Shown here: positions 49,574 to 59,285 of the stretch, one piece after another
Position numbering within the stretch: position 1 is the first letter of the stretch
Layout: the number at the start of each line of letters is the position of its first letter
IMG/VR virus record: IMGVR_UViG_3300035210_000151
Length of the DNA: 64,000 nt
Reading direction: 5' to 3' (one strand)
Origin: a virus
Taxonomy: Duplodnaviria > Heunggongvirae > Uroviricota > Caudoviricetes
Program-made: the position numbers and the translations under genes
The notes under the pieces: generated by a model
What the model was told of the DNA's origin: nothing
The model's input: the letters and a program-made list of their open reading frames with translations, nothing else
The model's database searches: none

Positions 49574-50846
49574 ATTGTTTATTTTTTAATCTAATATTAT
49601 CAATGTTATGATCAGTAAAGTATTTCTCTTGTATTTTTTTACTAACAATTAAATTTAATACTTTTTGAATTTTAACCGATCTATCAAAGCCGTAAGCACT
49701 TTTCACTCGACCTAATTCTAAAACCGCTAATACGCCAGTGCTATTGCCAAAAATAGCTTCTATACTGCCATTAACATAATTATGCACCCAAATATCTTTA
49801 AGCCCCTTGGATTCAAGGTGAATAACCACTTCTTTGATTTTTTTATGATGTTCATTAACTACAAATTCATATTTATCAAGTTTTTCTTTGATTTCATGAT
49901 TTTTAGGTTCTTGTTTAATAGCATATTGCACACCGTTGTAAGGCAGTGCATACATGTTTTTTGTAAGATCACATTTACCATTCAGATCGACTAGTTTAGC
50001 TCCAAATTCTTTATAGTGAATATTTAGTTCATCCATTGTTAATCCATCATTTAAAAAATAATCAATTTTATATAGTAAGAACATTACTTCATTAAGTCTA
50101 CCTTTGTATTCGTCAACGGCATTACTTAAATAAGCACTCACCAGTGTACGTTCTTTTTTAGCTAGTTTTTTCAAATTAGAAGTATAAGCTAAAACCTCAT
50201 CAGATGTTGTTGCTTTTTTTAATTTATGTTCTTTCATGAAACTTTCTTCAGTTCTGGTAAAGGAAAATTCATGTTCCATTGGAATAAATGGGTCAGATTT
50301 CGATGTAGATTCTTTGAATAGTTTATTCGATGTGGGCACTTCAAAAAAACGAACATCAACAATATCAAGTGTTTTCGAGGTGTCTTTTAAGTTTGAGTAG
50401 TAACTCGTAAAAGCACTGGATGTTTTTTCCATTGAATGAGATTCTCCAGCCGCTTGATAAATACTCTTTAAATTCGCAGCAAATTCTTTCGCTCTCTCTA
50501 CTAACTCATTAACAACTTTTAAAGGTGGATTTTCATCAAAGAAAAAAACTATAGAATTATAGCTCGTATGACAGCGATATAAGAAATCCGTTGGTAATTC
50601 TGCATAAGGTCTTTGAAAAATATCAGAATAGGTAAATCTCGTGACATCATCATACCGCACCATTTTTTCAACAAAATGTTTATCAAGCCATCCTTGATGT
50701 TTAACTTTACCATGAGCCTGCTTTGCAAATGCATAACCCCTATAAGAATCAATAACCTTTCCGGTTACATAAGCCGACATTTCACGATGAAAGTTACCTG
50801 TGTATTGGGTCGTATCAATGGCTAATGCATAATGTTTTTCTTTCAT
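49572..50846 (-). CDS. Hypothetical protein
   Basis: 424 aa; N-terminal AIDTTQYTGNFHREMSAYVTG motif; GAGG RBS. Confidence 0.75.
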   Translation of the reverse strand: MKEKHYALAIDTTQYTGNFHREMSAYVTGKVIDSYRGYAFAKQAHGKVKHQGWLDKHFVEKMVRYDDVTRFTYSDIFQRPYAELPTDFLYRCHTSYNSIVFFFDENPPLKVVNELVERAKEFAANLKSIYQAAGESHSMEKTSSAFTSYYSNLKDTSKTLDIVDVRFFEVPTSNKLFKESTSKSDPFIPMEHEFSFTRTEESFMKEHKLKKATTSDEVLAYTSNLKKLAKKERTLVSAYLSNAVDEYKGRLNEVMFLLYKIDYFLNDGLTMDELNIHYKEFGAKLVDLNGKCDLTKNMYALPYNGVQYAIKQEPKNHEIKEKLDKYEFVVNEHHKKIKEVVIHLESKGLKDIWVHNYVNGSIEAIFGNSTGVLAVLELGRVKSAYGFDRSVKIQKVLNLIVSKKIQEKYFTDHNIDNIRLKNKQ

Positions 50847-50931
50847 GTTATGGCCTCTTAATTATCATGAGACTTTATCATATTGTAATGTTTTTATCAA
50901 TGATTTTTTCATTAAGATAATAAAAAACCCC

Positions 50932-51576
50932 TTAGTTGGGGTTTTCTTTTTGCGTATTTTTTGCTACTGCTCGCCTAACAGGAGCCTTCCTTAGTGGTTT
51001 GATAACCAGATTATCTTTGGCTTCTTTTTCTTGTGATTCTATAATTGATTTAATCTTCATTAAATTCAATTTAGGCTTATTGATGTCAGCCATAGGACAA
51101 TGAGGAAACTCTTCTGAATGATCAGGATTCTTGTCTTCTGGTAACAATTGTTTTAGTTTCTTCTCTTTGATTTTCTTAATCTTGTTAGTTTCAACTAATG
51201 AAATCAGATTACCATTAATATCATCAGCTATAATACCAATGGAATCTTTGTCCATAATGAGGCATCTTACCTTCCATTCGTTCTCACTCATCTTATCAAA
51301 TATCTTGGATGGTTCAGTTAGCGATATTTTAATTTTGATGGCACCATCATTGGTATCGCTCTCATAATAAAAGCCTCTGAGTATAAAAGATTTTTCTTTG
51401 TCTTTTACTTTCTCTATTTTTGTACCATGAAAAGAATATTCAAAGTTATGGGGTAACTTGATTTTAACAATGTCATCCAGTTTTGAAAGATCTTTTTCTT
51501 TCTTGAAAAATGCTGCAACACCTCGGCCATTATTCTTTTTTATCAAGTTTAGTAGTTTTTTAATTTTTGTCTTCAT
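50932..51576 (-). CDS. Lys-rich hypothetical protein
   Basis: AGGTG RBS, 214 aa. Confidence 0.7.
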   Translation of the reverse strand: MKTKIKKLLNLIKKNNGRGVAAFFKKEKDLSKLDDIVKIKLPHNFEYSFHGTKIEKVKDKEKSFILRGFYYESDTNDGAIKIKISLTEPSKIFDKMSENEWKVRCLIMDKDSIGIIADDINGNLISLVETNKIKKIKEKKLKQLLPEDKNPDHSEEFPHCPMADINKPKLNLMKIKSIIESQEKEAKDNLVIKPLRKAPVRRAVAKNTQKENPN

Positions 51577-51616
51577 AATTCACCTGTCGTATAATTTATT
51601 TGTTTATAAAAAAAAC

Positions 51617-54013
51617 TCACTTTAGCAGTGAGTTGATTTCAATTTTTTCGTAACTGTTTTCTGTATTCCTACTGGTAAATACATAAGCACTATCAGTCGT
51701 AATCGCTACATCTGTATCGTCGTTCAATATCGGGGTTTCACCGACTTTAACACTTTCAAACAAATCAAACACTGACGGCAATGTGTTCAAATACTCAACA
51801 AATGCTGGCATTCTCTCAGACAGCAAAGTGCCGTTGGTTTCGGCGGAATGCACATGACCATACAAGTTAGCATCCATGTAAACTACTTTCCTTTCAACCA
51901 AGTCGAGGTAAGCCACATACTTGGTCAAATTCTTACCTTTTACTTCAAAGACAAATTGAGCACGGCTTGGTTCGTAAAGATTACCTTCCTCAGCGTTCTC
52001 ACCCATTTGCAATGTGCCCACTAAATCATCAGCCGCATCGAAAGGTTGGCTGTTGAATGACAAGATATTCCAAACAGCATAACGCACACCAGAATTAACC
52101 AGTTTGTCGATATACAAGTCAATCATCTGGCAACCACGACCTTGCGTATCTTGACTGATAACAGGGTCACCCGAGAAGACAGCACCAGCGTCTTGGGTTA
52201 AATAGGTATCTTGACCTGTATAAGAATAAGCAGCATTCCAGCAGCAAGCACCTTTTGAACCCCAATTTTCATCAAAGAAGTTCCAGCTATTATCAAACCA
52301 GATGTTACCCGAATCTTTCATCTGCCAGTAACTTGCACTTCGAATGAAATTGATATTTTCAGGCATATCAAATACGGTACCACGACCATAATTAGCCGCA
52401 AGGTTTTGATCATTGGTTTGAAGCTTAATCTTACTTGTAGCTTTATCCAGCATAACGCCTTTTGGAAAGAGAACTTCCATACGCTTAGCAATCTCTGTAT
52501 TGACAGCAGTTACGATAGTTTCTACAGCTTCTGCAGACAACATGACTTTGCCATTTTTAATAGGCTTATATATTTTTTTCTCAGGTGCTACATAACGTTG
52601 ATACATAGGCTTTGGTGAAGGAATAAACATAGGCTCAGGAGCAGGCTCAAGATTACCTTTGAACTTTTCAATCAACATCGCTAAGGCGTCACTGGATGGG
52701 ATTCCAGACTTAACTTCTGTAATAGCCGGTTGATCAACCTCAGTTTTTACGACTTCGACAATAACTGGTTCCATAACATCAACTGCTTTTACTTTTTGTT
52801 TCTTTTCTGCTTTCACAGGTGCTACGAATTCTTTTTCCACTGATGTGTCTTTTTCAACACGTTGAATAAAGTGGGCATTTGTCCAGTTACCTTTTGGGGC
52901 ATAGATAAAGTGCTGACGATCATTAATAGTGGTTACATACTTTTTCAACTTCAACAGTTGCAACGTATCAAATTGATCAATCTTAGCCACAATCGCATCC
53001 ACAGCTTTCTCACCAAACACTTCGTAAAGCTTGTGGAAACGACGCATCAAGTCACCTTGACGGTTTGAAAGCATATCAAACACTGTGTCATCTTTGGTCA
53101 ACACTTTGTTTTCAACCTTGGCGTTGAAGCTTTTAAGCTCACCATTGCACAAAGTGCCATAGACAGCCGTTACTTTCGGGAAGTTGTAATCTTTTGGGTG
53201 AAGCTGGAACATAAATTTCTTCCAGTCTTGTTGACGCATAGCCACATCATCAGCCAAGTTATTAGACTTATTTAACAAAGACAACAAAGCCTTACGTTCT
53301 TTACGAGAGAATTTTTTGAATTTTACTTTGGTGCGAAGTGAAACATCCGCATCGGACATTGCAGCAGCCAAACGCATGACATCGGTAGCGTCTTTAATAG
53401 TGAAATTAAGGCCGCTTTCAATCGCTTGCTTGATAATTACGATACCGTTCTCTTTGAAGCCGAAATCGCTCAAATTGATGGTTTCTTGATTGTTGTTAGT
53501 CACCAACTGGATTGCGAAATCCTTTTGTTGGTCATTCCAACGGTTTTTAGATTGAATAAGAGTTTCCTTGATGTTATTCAAGGTGTCTTCTTTTTCAAGG
53601 TGCAGCACTTTCAAGTTCTTTTGATCTTTGAGAGCTGGACGCTCTACTTTGTCATCAGCAAAATAGTCTGGACTAAACCCAACATACATCAAAATTTGGC
53701 AGAACCAGTATTCAGCTTCAGATTTATCAAGCACTTCTTTTGGGAAGTTTTTGTAAACAACAGCCGAATCCATATCACGATCAGAAGCAGTCACCTCTTT
53801 GAAAGCAGGTTCCACAGACAACCAGAAGGATTCTAGATCTTGTGCTGAATAGGTTTGAAGTTGTTCGATGACTTCTCTGGATGGAGTCCAGCCATAGTGA
53901 ACCATGTTGGCAAATACAGTAGACAGTTCTTCTTTGCTCGCAGGTGTGCTGGCAACAACGCGAGTTGCTTGCACAAAATTGTTTGCCAAAAGAATTGTGT
54001 TTGTATTTATCAT
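51617..54013 (-). CDS. Large helical N-domain plus TerD-like C-terminal domain protein
   Basis: VYKNFP..V, TDVMRLAAAMS.ADVSL, NRQGDLMRR; C-term GRGT...SYW...AVFSGD...QMIDL...YAVWNI.SF...PF...EP; AGGAG RBS before ATG 54013; TTGACT-17-TATTAT promoter. Confidence 0.65.
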   Translation of the reverse strand: MINTNTILLANNFVQATRVVASTPASKEELSTVFANMVHYGWTPSREVIEQLQTYSAQDLESFWLSVEPAFKEVTASDRDMDSAVVYKNFPKEVLDKSEAEYWFCQILMYVGFSPDYFADDKVERPALKDQKNLKVLHLEKEDTLNNIKETLIQSKNRWNDQQKDFAIQLVTNNNQETINLSDFGFKENGIVIIKQAIESGLNFTIKDATDVMRLAAAMSDADVSLRTKVKFKKFSRKERKALLSLLNKSNNLADDVAMRQQDWKKFMFQLHPKDYNFPKVTAVYGTLCNGELKSFNAKVENKVLTKDDTVFDMLSNRQGDLMRRFHKLYEVFGEKAVDAIVAKIDQFDTLQLLKLKKYVTTINDRQHFIYAPKGNWTNAHFIQRVEKDTSVEKEFVAPVKAEKKQKVKAVDVMEPVIVEVVKTEVDQPAITEVKSGIPSSDALAMLIEKFKGNLEPAPEPMFIPSPKPMYQRYVAPEKKIYKPIKNGKVMLSAEAVETIVTAVNTEIAKRMEVLFPKGVMLDKATSKIKLQTNDQNLAANYGRGTVFDMPENINFIRSASYWQMKDSGNIWFDNSWNFFDENWGSKGACCWNAAYSYTGQDTYLTQDAGAVFSGDPVISQDTQGRGCQMIDLYIDKLVNSGVRYAVWNILSFNSQPFDAADDLVGTLQMGENAEEGNLYEPSRAQFVFEVKGKNLTKYVAYLDLVERKVVYMDANLYGHVHSAETNGTLLSERMPAFVEYLNTLPSVFDLFESVKVGETPILNDDTDVAITTDSAYVFTSRNTENSYEKIEINSLLK

Positions 54014-54168
54014 GTTCAATATTTCTCCTAATTGATTTAATGTAACATCAAATAATACGCTCATAAAGCACTTAAGTCAAGCACCTTTATGCTTTTTTTT
54101 TTGATTTTTTGATAGCATATCTTCTTATATTATGATATCATTAGCCATCAATAATGTGGAGAGTATTT

Positions 54169-54873
54169 ATGGCGTTTTTAAATTTTACAACCAAAGAAGA
54201 ATTCATGGCTATTGTTTATTCTGCTAATGATACCGTTCGTTTAACTAATTCGAAAGACAGTCCTTCAGAAATCAGCCTTATTGAGTCGTTTGGTTTTGAA
54301 AGAATAGAGCGTGGCAGTATTGAACACGCTATTTCTTTGCATGGTATTACCTATCGTTTTATTGATGAGACGACAGACACTACCATTTATATTTCATTCA
54401 GTAACCCTGTGAAGTTGTATACGGGCATCTCGTATATGCTAAATAAACATTTTTTCTCAACGTCCAAGAAAGTGTATCACAGAGAAAATAGCCAGCCAGC
54501 TTTTATTAGTTATCATGGTAGTGGTAAACCACATATTCAAAACTATGCAATCTATGGTAAAACACCACCAATCACTATTATTGATGACAAAGAATACTCT
54601 TATCTGACCACTGTTACATCGACCAGAACGACTAAAGATTATCTATTCGAAAAACAAAAATGGCACGCTACTCAATATCGGTTTAATAATAAATCAATGT
54701 CTCCATTACAGGTTACCTATTATAACGATAAATTTCCGACGAGCTTTATTGAATTCCATGCTTTAAAACGACTTTATCCTGATTTAGCTCGACTGGTTGG
54801 GTATGACCGCATTAATTTGAACAAAAGTCTGACACCCGAAGAAATAACGCTGCTTGAAATGATGATGTTTTAA
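54169..54873 (+). CDS. Hypothetical protein with HRE..PA-type repeat motif, tag LLEMMMF
   Basis: YHRENSQPAFISY...YAIYGK; GGAG RBS. Confidence 0.7.
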   Translation: MAFLNFTTKEEFMAIVYSANDTVRLTNSKDSPSEISLIESFGFERIERGSIEHAISLHGITYRFIDETTDTTIYISFSNPVKLYTGISYMLNKHFFSTSKKVYHRENSQPAFISYHGSGKPHIQNYAIYGKTPPITIIDDKEYSYLTTVTSTRTTKDYLFEKQKWHATQYRFNNKSMSPLQVTYYNDKFPTSFIEFHALKRLYPDLARLVGYDRINLNKSLTPEEITLLEMMMF

Positions 54874-54959
54874 AAAACGAATTTCGTTATTCAATGTCAT
54901 ATTCGTTGACCTAATCATCTTTTTTTGATATAATATTAAAATAAATTAAGGAGTTAAAC

Positions 54960-56144
54960 ATGTATCCAGTTATCAAGCACGGCTCAGAAGATTCTTTGGA
55001 CATTGATGCGTATATCATCATTCCAGAACCACTCACTATGCAAGAAGCAAAAAAACTTTGCGATTCTTACAAAGAAGTGAACGGCAACCTTTTGAGCGTT
55101 AAAGACGGTGTGGTTAACTGGTGCTATAAAGGTACAGTGGATGAGTGTAACAACTCTATTCTGGCAACCTATGCTCTGCACAAACAAGCAGCAGCCAACC
55201 CGATTACTGCAGCTTTGCCGCGTTCTTATGCATTGAAAATGATTCGTACTGTTCGTGGATTGCTTTCTTATCATTCTCGCACTGAAAAGCGTGAAGAAGT
55301 TAAAAAAGCATTACAATCTGCTGATATGTTGTTCAAGTTGGATGTGTTGACTGGCATTGATTTGCGTGATGTGGCTGACTATCAAAAATCTTCGTTGGTT
55401 GAAACCTACAAGTTCTTTGCTTTTCAGTTGGGTCAAACTATGGCACTGTTGAAAGACAACGTAGAGCTGTTTACTAAAAGCTCAGTGGCCGAATACTACC
55501 CAGAGTTGAGTGGTTACTTGCAGCGTAAAGAAGGCGAACCTGTAGACGCATTGCAAAAAATGTGGGCTGATTTTGGCACTTACTTGAAAGAAACTGTTCG
55601 TAAAGTTGAAAAGCATGAATTATATGCCACTGATTATCAGGGTGTTCGTGAAGTGTTCGATTGTAAAAAAGAAATCATCTTGCCTCCAGTGGTTGTATTC
55701 GATATTGATGGCACTTTGCTGGATGAAAAACACCGTGCTCAATACCGTGATGTGAAAGATTGGGATAACTATTTTGACTTGTGTCACTTGGATACCCCTA
55801 TTCAACACATTATTGATTTGACCAAAGAGTATCGTGCTAAAGGTTTCGAAATTTGGTTGATGAGTGGGCGAGTGGATCGAATCATGGACAAAACAATTAA
55901 ATCTATGGAAGATTATGGGGTTTGTTATGACCGTATCAAATTGCGTAGCCCTGAAAACCGTGTTCCAGATTTTGTTATCAAGCCTGCTTGGATTTCAAAA
56001 TACATCGGACTGGAACGTGTTGTAGCTGTTTATGATGACACTGACCGTGTAATTGAAGGATTCCGTAAAAAAGGATTGAATGTTATTGATGTCAAGTTGA
56101 TGGCGGCTCCTGTTCAAGCAAAGAAGCCAAAATTAAAGCCTTGA
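54960..56144 (+). CDS. Fusion of a putative nucleotidyltransferase-like N-domain and a HAD phosphatase (PNKP 3'-phosphatase-like) C-domain
   Basis: N-term HGSEDSLDID; C-term DIDGT, SGR, K, YDD motifs like the T4 Pnkp phosphatase domain. Confidence 0.7.
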   Translation: MYPVIKHGSEDSLDIDAYIIIPEPLTMQEAKKLCDSYKEVNGNLLSVKDGVVNWCYKGTVDECNNSILATYALHKQAAANPITAALPRSYALKMIRTVRGLLSYHSRTEKREEVKKALQSADMLFKLDVLTGIDLRDVADYQKSSLVETYKFFAFQLGQTMALLKDNVELFTKSSVAEYYPELSGYLQRKEGEPVDALQKMWADFGTYLKETVRKVEKHELYATDYQGVREVFDCKKEIILPPVVVFDIDGTLLDEKHRAQYRDVKDWDNYFDLCHLDTPIQHIIDLTKEYRAKGFEIWLMSGRVDRIMDKTIKSMEDYGVCYDRIKLRSPENRVPDFVIKPAWISKYIGLERVVAVYDDTDRVIEGFRKKGLNVIDVKLMAAPVQAKKPKLKP

Positions 56145-56239
56145 TGTTCAATTGAAATGTTTAATATATTAAGCCATCTATAGTGATATAGTTGGCTTTT
56201 TTTTTCTAATTGTGATAAAATATTGATGTTATTTTATAA

Positions 56240-57298
56240 GTGGAGAAATTCAAAGTGACACAACCTTATGATTTACTTTTATCAGAGATAAAATCCTTTT
56301 ATGATTTAGACAATTGCTCTGTCATTCAAGGCAGTCGATCAAATGTTTATTTACTGGATAGAAGTCCACGAGATTATCAATTTATGGTGAATCTCTTCAA
56401 ACCTGAGACTGCCAATTATAATATTTCAAAAATAAAACAAATGTCATCGTTATATGATTTACTTCATCATGTTGACACAGAATATTCAACCATCAGTAAT
56501 AAACAGTTAAGAATTGAGATTTATGATGTTTCTGACACCAATGACAGAGGTCTTGTGCAAGTTTCTTTTGGAAATGTTCTTTATTTTTCAATAGAAAAAA
56601 AAGCAAAAACGACACCTGAAGATATTTATTTTAGTTCACTATTTTTGAAGGATAGCTCACGTATTGATAACAAAAAATTTGAAGCCCATTATTCTGAATT
56701 ATTAGAAAAACTTGCTCTATTTATTGATAAAGATATGACCATGCAGGAATTTAATGATCGAGATAAAAAAACACTGGATGAGATACGAACCGAGAATTTG
56801 AGTAATAAAGACCTTATTTATTGCAGTAAAGCGGATTGTGCTACCTATTTCCATAGTTTTTCACGACCCCCAGAAGATTTTTTTGTTCCGTTAACAAGAG
56901 CATTTAGTAAAAATCTTATGCAACAAGTTAAAACGATTGAAGCTTTGCTTCGTTTTGAATCGAATCTTAAACATAATCGATCTGTTTATGAGTTGGTATT
57001 TAACACTAATCTCTCTAATTATAAATTTATACTTCCAAATCTCTTGTATTCTATAGTTTTTGAATATGAACAGGATTTAAATTTAAGTGTTACACTTTAC
57101 TTTCAATTTAAAACAGATGTGCTTCGTTATCTTGAAATTGATCATCATACACACGAGAAGGTTGATATATTGGGTTATGAAGCGATCTACAATTATATTT
57201 CAAATCGTATTAAAACATTTATTACTGCCAATCTTGGAGTGTCACAGGAAGAGATCACAAACGAATCAATTTTGCTTTATAGAATGATGGCAATATGA
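56240..57298 (+). CDS. Hypothetical protein, tag LYRMMAI
   Basis: 352 aa, GTG start, internally repeated YDLL/YEL pattern. Confidence 0.7.
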   Translation: MEKFKVTQPYDLLLSEIKSFYDLDNCSVIQGSRSNVYLLDRSPRDYQFMVNLFKPETANYNISKIKQMSSLYDLLHHVDTEYSTISNKQLRIEIYDVSDTNDRGLVQVSFGNVLYFSIEKKAKTTPEDIYFSSLFLKDSSRIDNKKFEAHYSELLEKLALFIDKDMTMQEFNDRDKKTLDEIRTENLSNKDLIYCSKADCATYFHSFSRPPEDFFVPLTRAFSKNLMQQVKTIEALLRFESNLKHNRSVYELVFNTNLSNYKFILPNLLYSIVFEYEQDLNLSVTLYFQFKTDVLRYLEIDHHTHEKVDILGYEAIYNYISNRIKTFITANLGVSQEEITNESILLYRMMAI

Positions 57299-57303
57299 TT
57301 AAC

Positions 57304-57329
57304 AAAAAAAGACCTTCTCAGGTCTTTTT
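57304..57329. terminator. Bidirectional terminator between convergent genes
   Basis: A-run GACCT-TCTC-AGGTC T-run. Confidence 0.8.
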
Positions 57330-57343
57330 GTTTATTTCAATTA

Positions 57344-58180
57344 TTACTTTTTGGCGGGTGTTTCTGCAATAACTTCACCATCCCCAATTCTAACTCTTAA
57401 CTGATTGATAATATCTTGCAGTTGTTCTTTACTGGCTGCTTGCATTAAGACCAGTGTATTGTCGTCATTTTGATTGCTGGTTGGCATAAAGATAAAGGCT
57501 GGTGTTCCATGAATCCCAATTTTTTTAGCCAATTCCATATTTTTATCAATTTTATCTTTGTATTCATTAGGTTTTAATTTTGGATTTACACCAACAAGTT
57601 TTGCGGCCTTTTCAACATCAGCCACTGTTAACTCACCTTCAAAATGTTTTGTTTCATAAATAGCATCATGGTATTTAAGGTAGGCTTCATTACCTTTTTC
57701 TTGTAATACTTTGTTGGCTAATTGTGCAGCTAATTTAGAGGTTGGGAAGCTATCTTCAAAAATAGGCATCTCTTTAAACACAAATTTTATATCAGGGTTG
57801 TTTTTCATAATCACTTTTAATTCTGGTGCAACTCTGGAACAATATATGCAGTTATAGTCAAAAAATTCAATGACAGCAATTTTTGCATTTTCAGGCCCGA
57901 TAAATGGGGTGTCTTTATCGTTTAATATTTGGTCTTGTAATTCAATAGCTATTTGTGCGGCATCTTTTAATTGAGACGCCTGTGCCTGTTCTTGTTTTGC
58001 TTTTAAACCATTTGACATCTCAATTAATACTTCTGGGTTTGCTACCATGTAATCTCTGGCTATTTTACCTATTTCTTCTTTGTCTTGTGCGGTTAATTTT
58101 GAGAAGTCGATTGATTCTGCCTGTGCGTTAAATGTTAAGGCACCTAATAATGCGATACCTAATACTAATTTCTTTTTCAT
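57344..58180 (-). CDS. DsbA-family thioredoxin-fold oxidoreductase (ScsC/Com1-like)
   Basis: Signal peptide, DYMVANPEVL helix, EFFDYNCIYC active site, GTPA cis-Pro. Confidence 0.9.
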   Translation of the reverse strand: MKKKLVLGIALLGALTFNAQAESIDFSKLTAQDKEEIGKIARDYMVANPEVLIEMSNGLKAKQEQAQASQLKDAAQIAIELQDQILNDKDTPFIGPENAKIAVIEFFDYNCIYCSRVAPELKVIMKNNPDIKFVFKEMPIFEDSFPTSKLAAQLANKVLQEKGNEAYLKYHDAIYETKHFEGELTVADVEKAAKLVGVNPKLKPNEYKDKIDKNMELAKKIGIHGTPAFIFMPTSNQNDDNTLVLMQAASKEQLQDIINQLRVRIGDGEVIAETPAKK

Positions 58181-58258
58181 TGATAAACCCCTGATGTTAA
58201 TTCGTATTACTATAACACCAAGTAGTTTTTTATCAAGGATATCACTTAAAAATAATAT

Positions 58259-59050
58259 TTAACATTTTAATTTTTCGAGCAGTAATTCCATTTCAGTGAC
58301 TATCTTAGCCACATCAGACTTATACAAACCAGCCGAACTGATGTTATTCACTTCAATAATTTTTGGACCTTTATCAGTTAAAGCAATGTCTATAACAAAC
58401 GCTTGGCTTGGCGTCCATAAATCAACCATTTCCTGTGCAAATATTAAGGCTTCTTTGTCAATAGCATCCGAAGTGATGAGTTGTCCACGTATTTTGTATA
58501 AGCTGCCTGTCACTATCTTTCCATCAATAACAAAGAATCGGTATTCAGCCAATATGGTTTTCTTTTCAGAGATGATTAAGAACTTATCTTTATGAGCATC
58601 AGTTATTTTAGTTGAAAGTGCCATTAACAAGTCTTCTTTCTTAAATAATCCACCTGTGATTAATTTATCATCTTCCAAGGGGCGAGCAAAAACAGAATCC
58701 CAATCTTCTGGTATTTTTATGTCAGTTACCTTTTGTTTAAGGTATTCACCGTTTAACATGTGCTCTTTTGTCCAGTTTTGTGTCCAACTGGCATAGTTGA
58801 AGTTGTCATTTGAAAATGAACCGGGTGAAAACCCTTTCTCAGTCGCCATTCTGGATAGTCGATAAGACCCTAACACGAATATGTTCTTTGTGTCCATAGG
58901 GTCAAATTTATCAAAAGTGTCTTTAAAATACATATTTTCATCATTTTTGTAAATATCAATTTCGACCAATTCAATATTGTTAGATTTCAAGATATTTTTT
59001 ATATTATCAATACCAACTTCAAAGTTTAAATTGTTTTGTATAACCCACAT
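58259..59050 (-). CDS. ATP-grasp domain protein (DUF4343/R2K-like)
   Basis: FARP..DK..TG, EYRFFVIDGKIVTGS.Y, FVIDIA...KIIEVN...AGLY. Confidence 0.85.
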   Translation of the reverse strand: MWVIQNNLNFEVGIDNIKNILKSNNIELVEIDIYKNDENMYFKDTFDKFDPMDTKNIFVLGSYRLSRMATEKGFSPGSFSNDNFNYASWTQNWTKEHMLNGEYLKQKVTDIKIPEDWDSVFARPLEDDKLITGGLFKKEDLLMALSTKITDAHKDKFLIISEKKTILAEYRFFVIDGKIVTGSLYKIRGQLITSDAIDKEALIFAQEMVDLWTPSQAFVIDIALTDKGPKIIEVNNISSAGLYKSDVAKIVTEMELLLEKLKC

Positions 59051-59151
59051 TTTAGCACCTCACGCAATCTTCAAATTATACATTAAATTATTTTTTATTC
59101 AATTATTATTTTTACTATTGACTTTTATTTTATTATATCTATATTGATATT

Positions 59152-59285
59152 AGTGGTATACAAAAAAAAGCATAGTGGCAGTTTCTCATATCGACTGAAT
59201 CCGCGAACTTATACCACATTACAGAAAAATTCATTTGAACATTGTTCAAATTGGAAACTATCCCCACCACTTGGTGGGTTTTTTA
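59152..59285 (+). ncRNA. Putative stand-alone structured small RNA C
   Basis: TTGACT (59118)-16-TATATT promoter; GUGGUAUA/UAUACCAC stem enclosing GUGG-CAGU/ACUG-CCGC; AUUUGAAC/GUUCAAAU hairpin; terminator CCCACC/GGUGGG plus U-run; no ORF. Confidence 0.6.

Noticed and set aside
52406-53836. + strand ORFs inside the TerD-like gene
   Set aside because: Shadow frames of a long, motif-bearing minus-strand gene.
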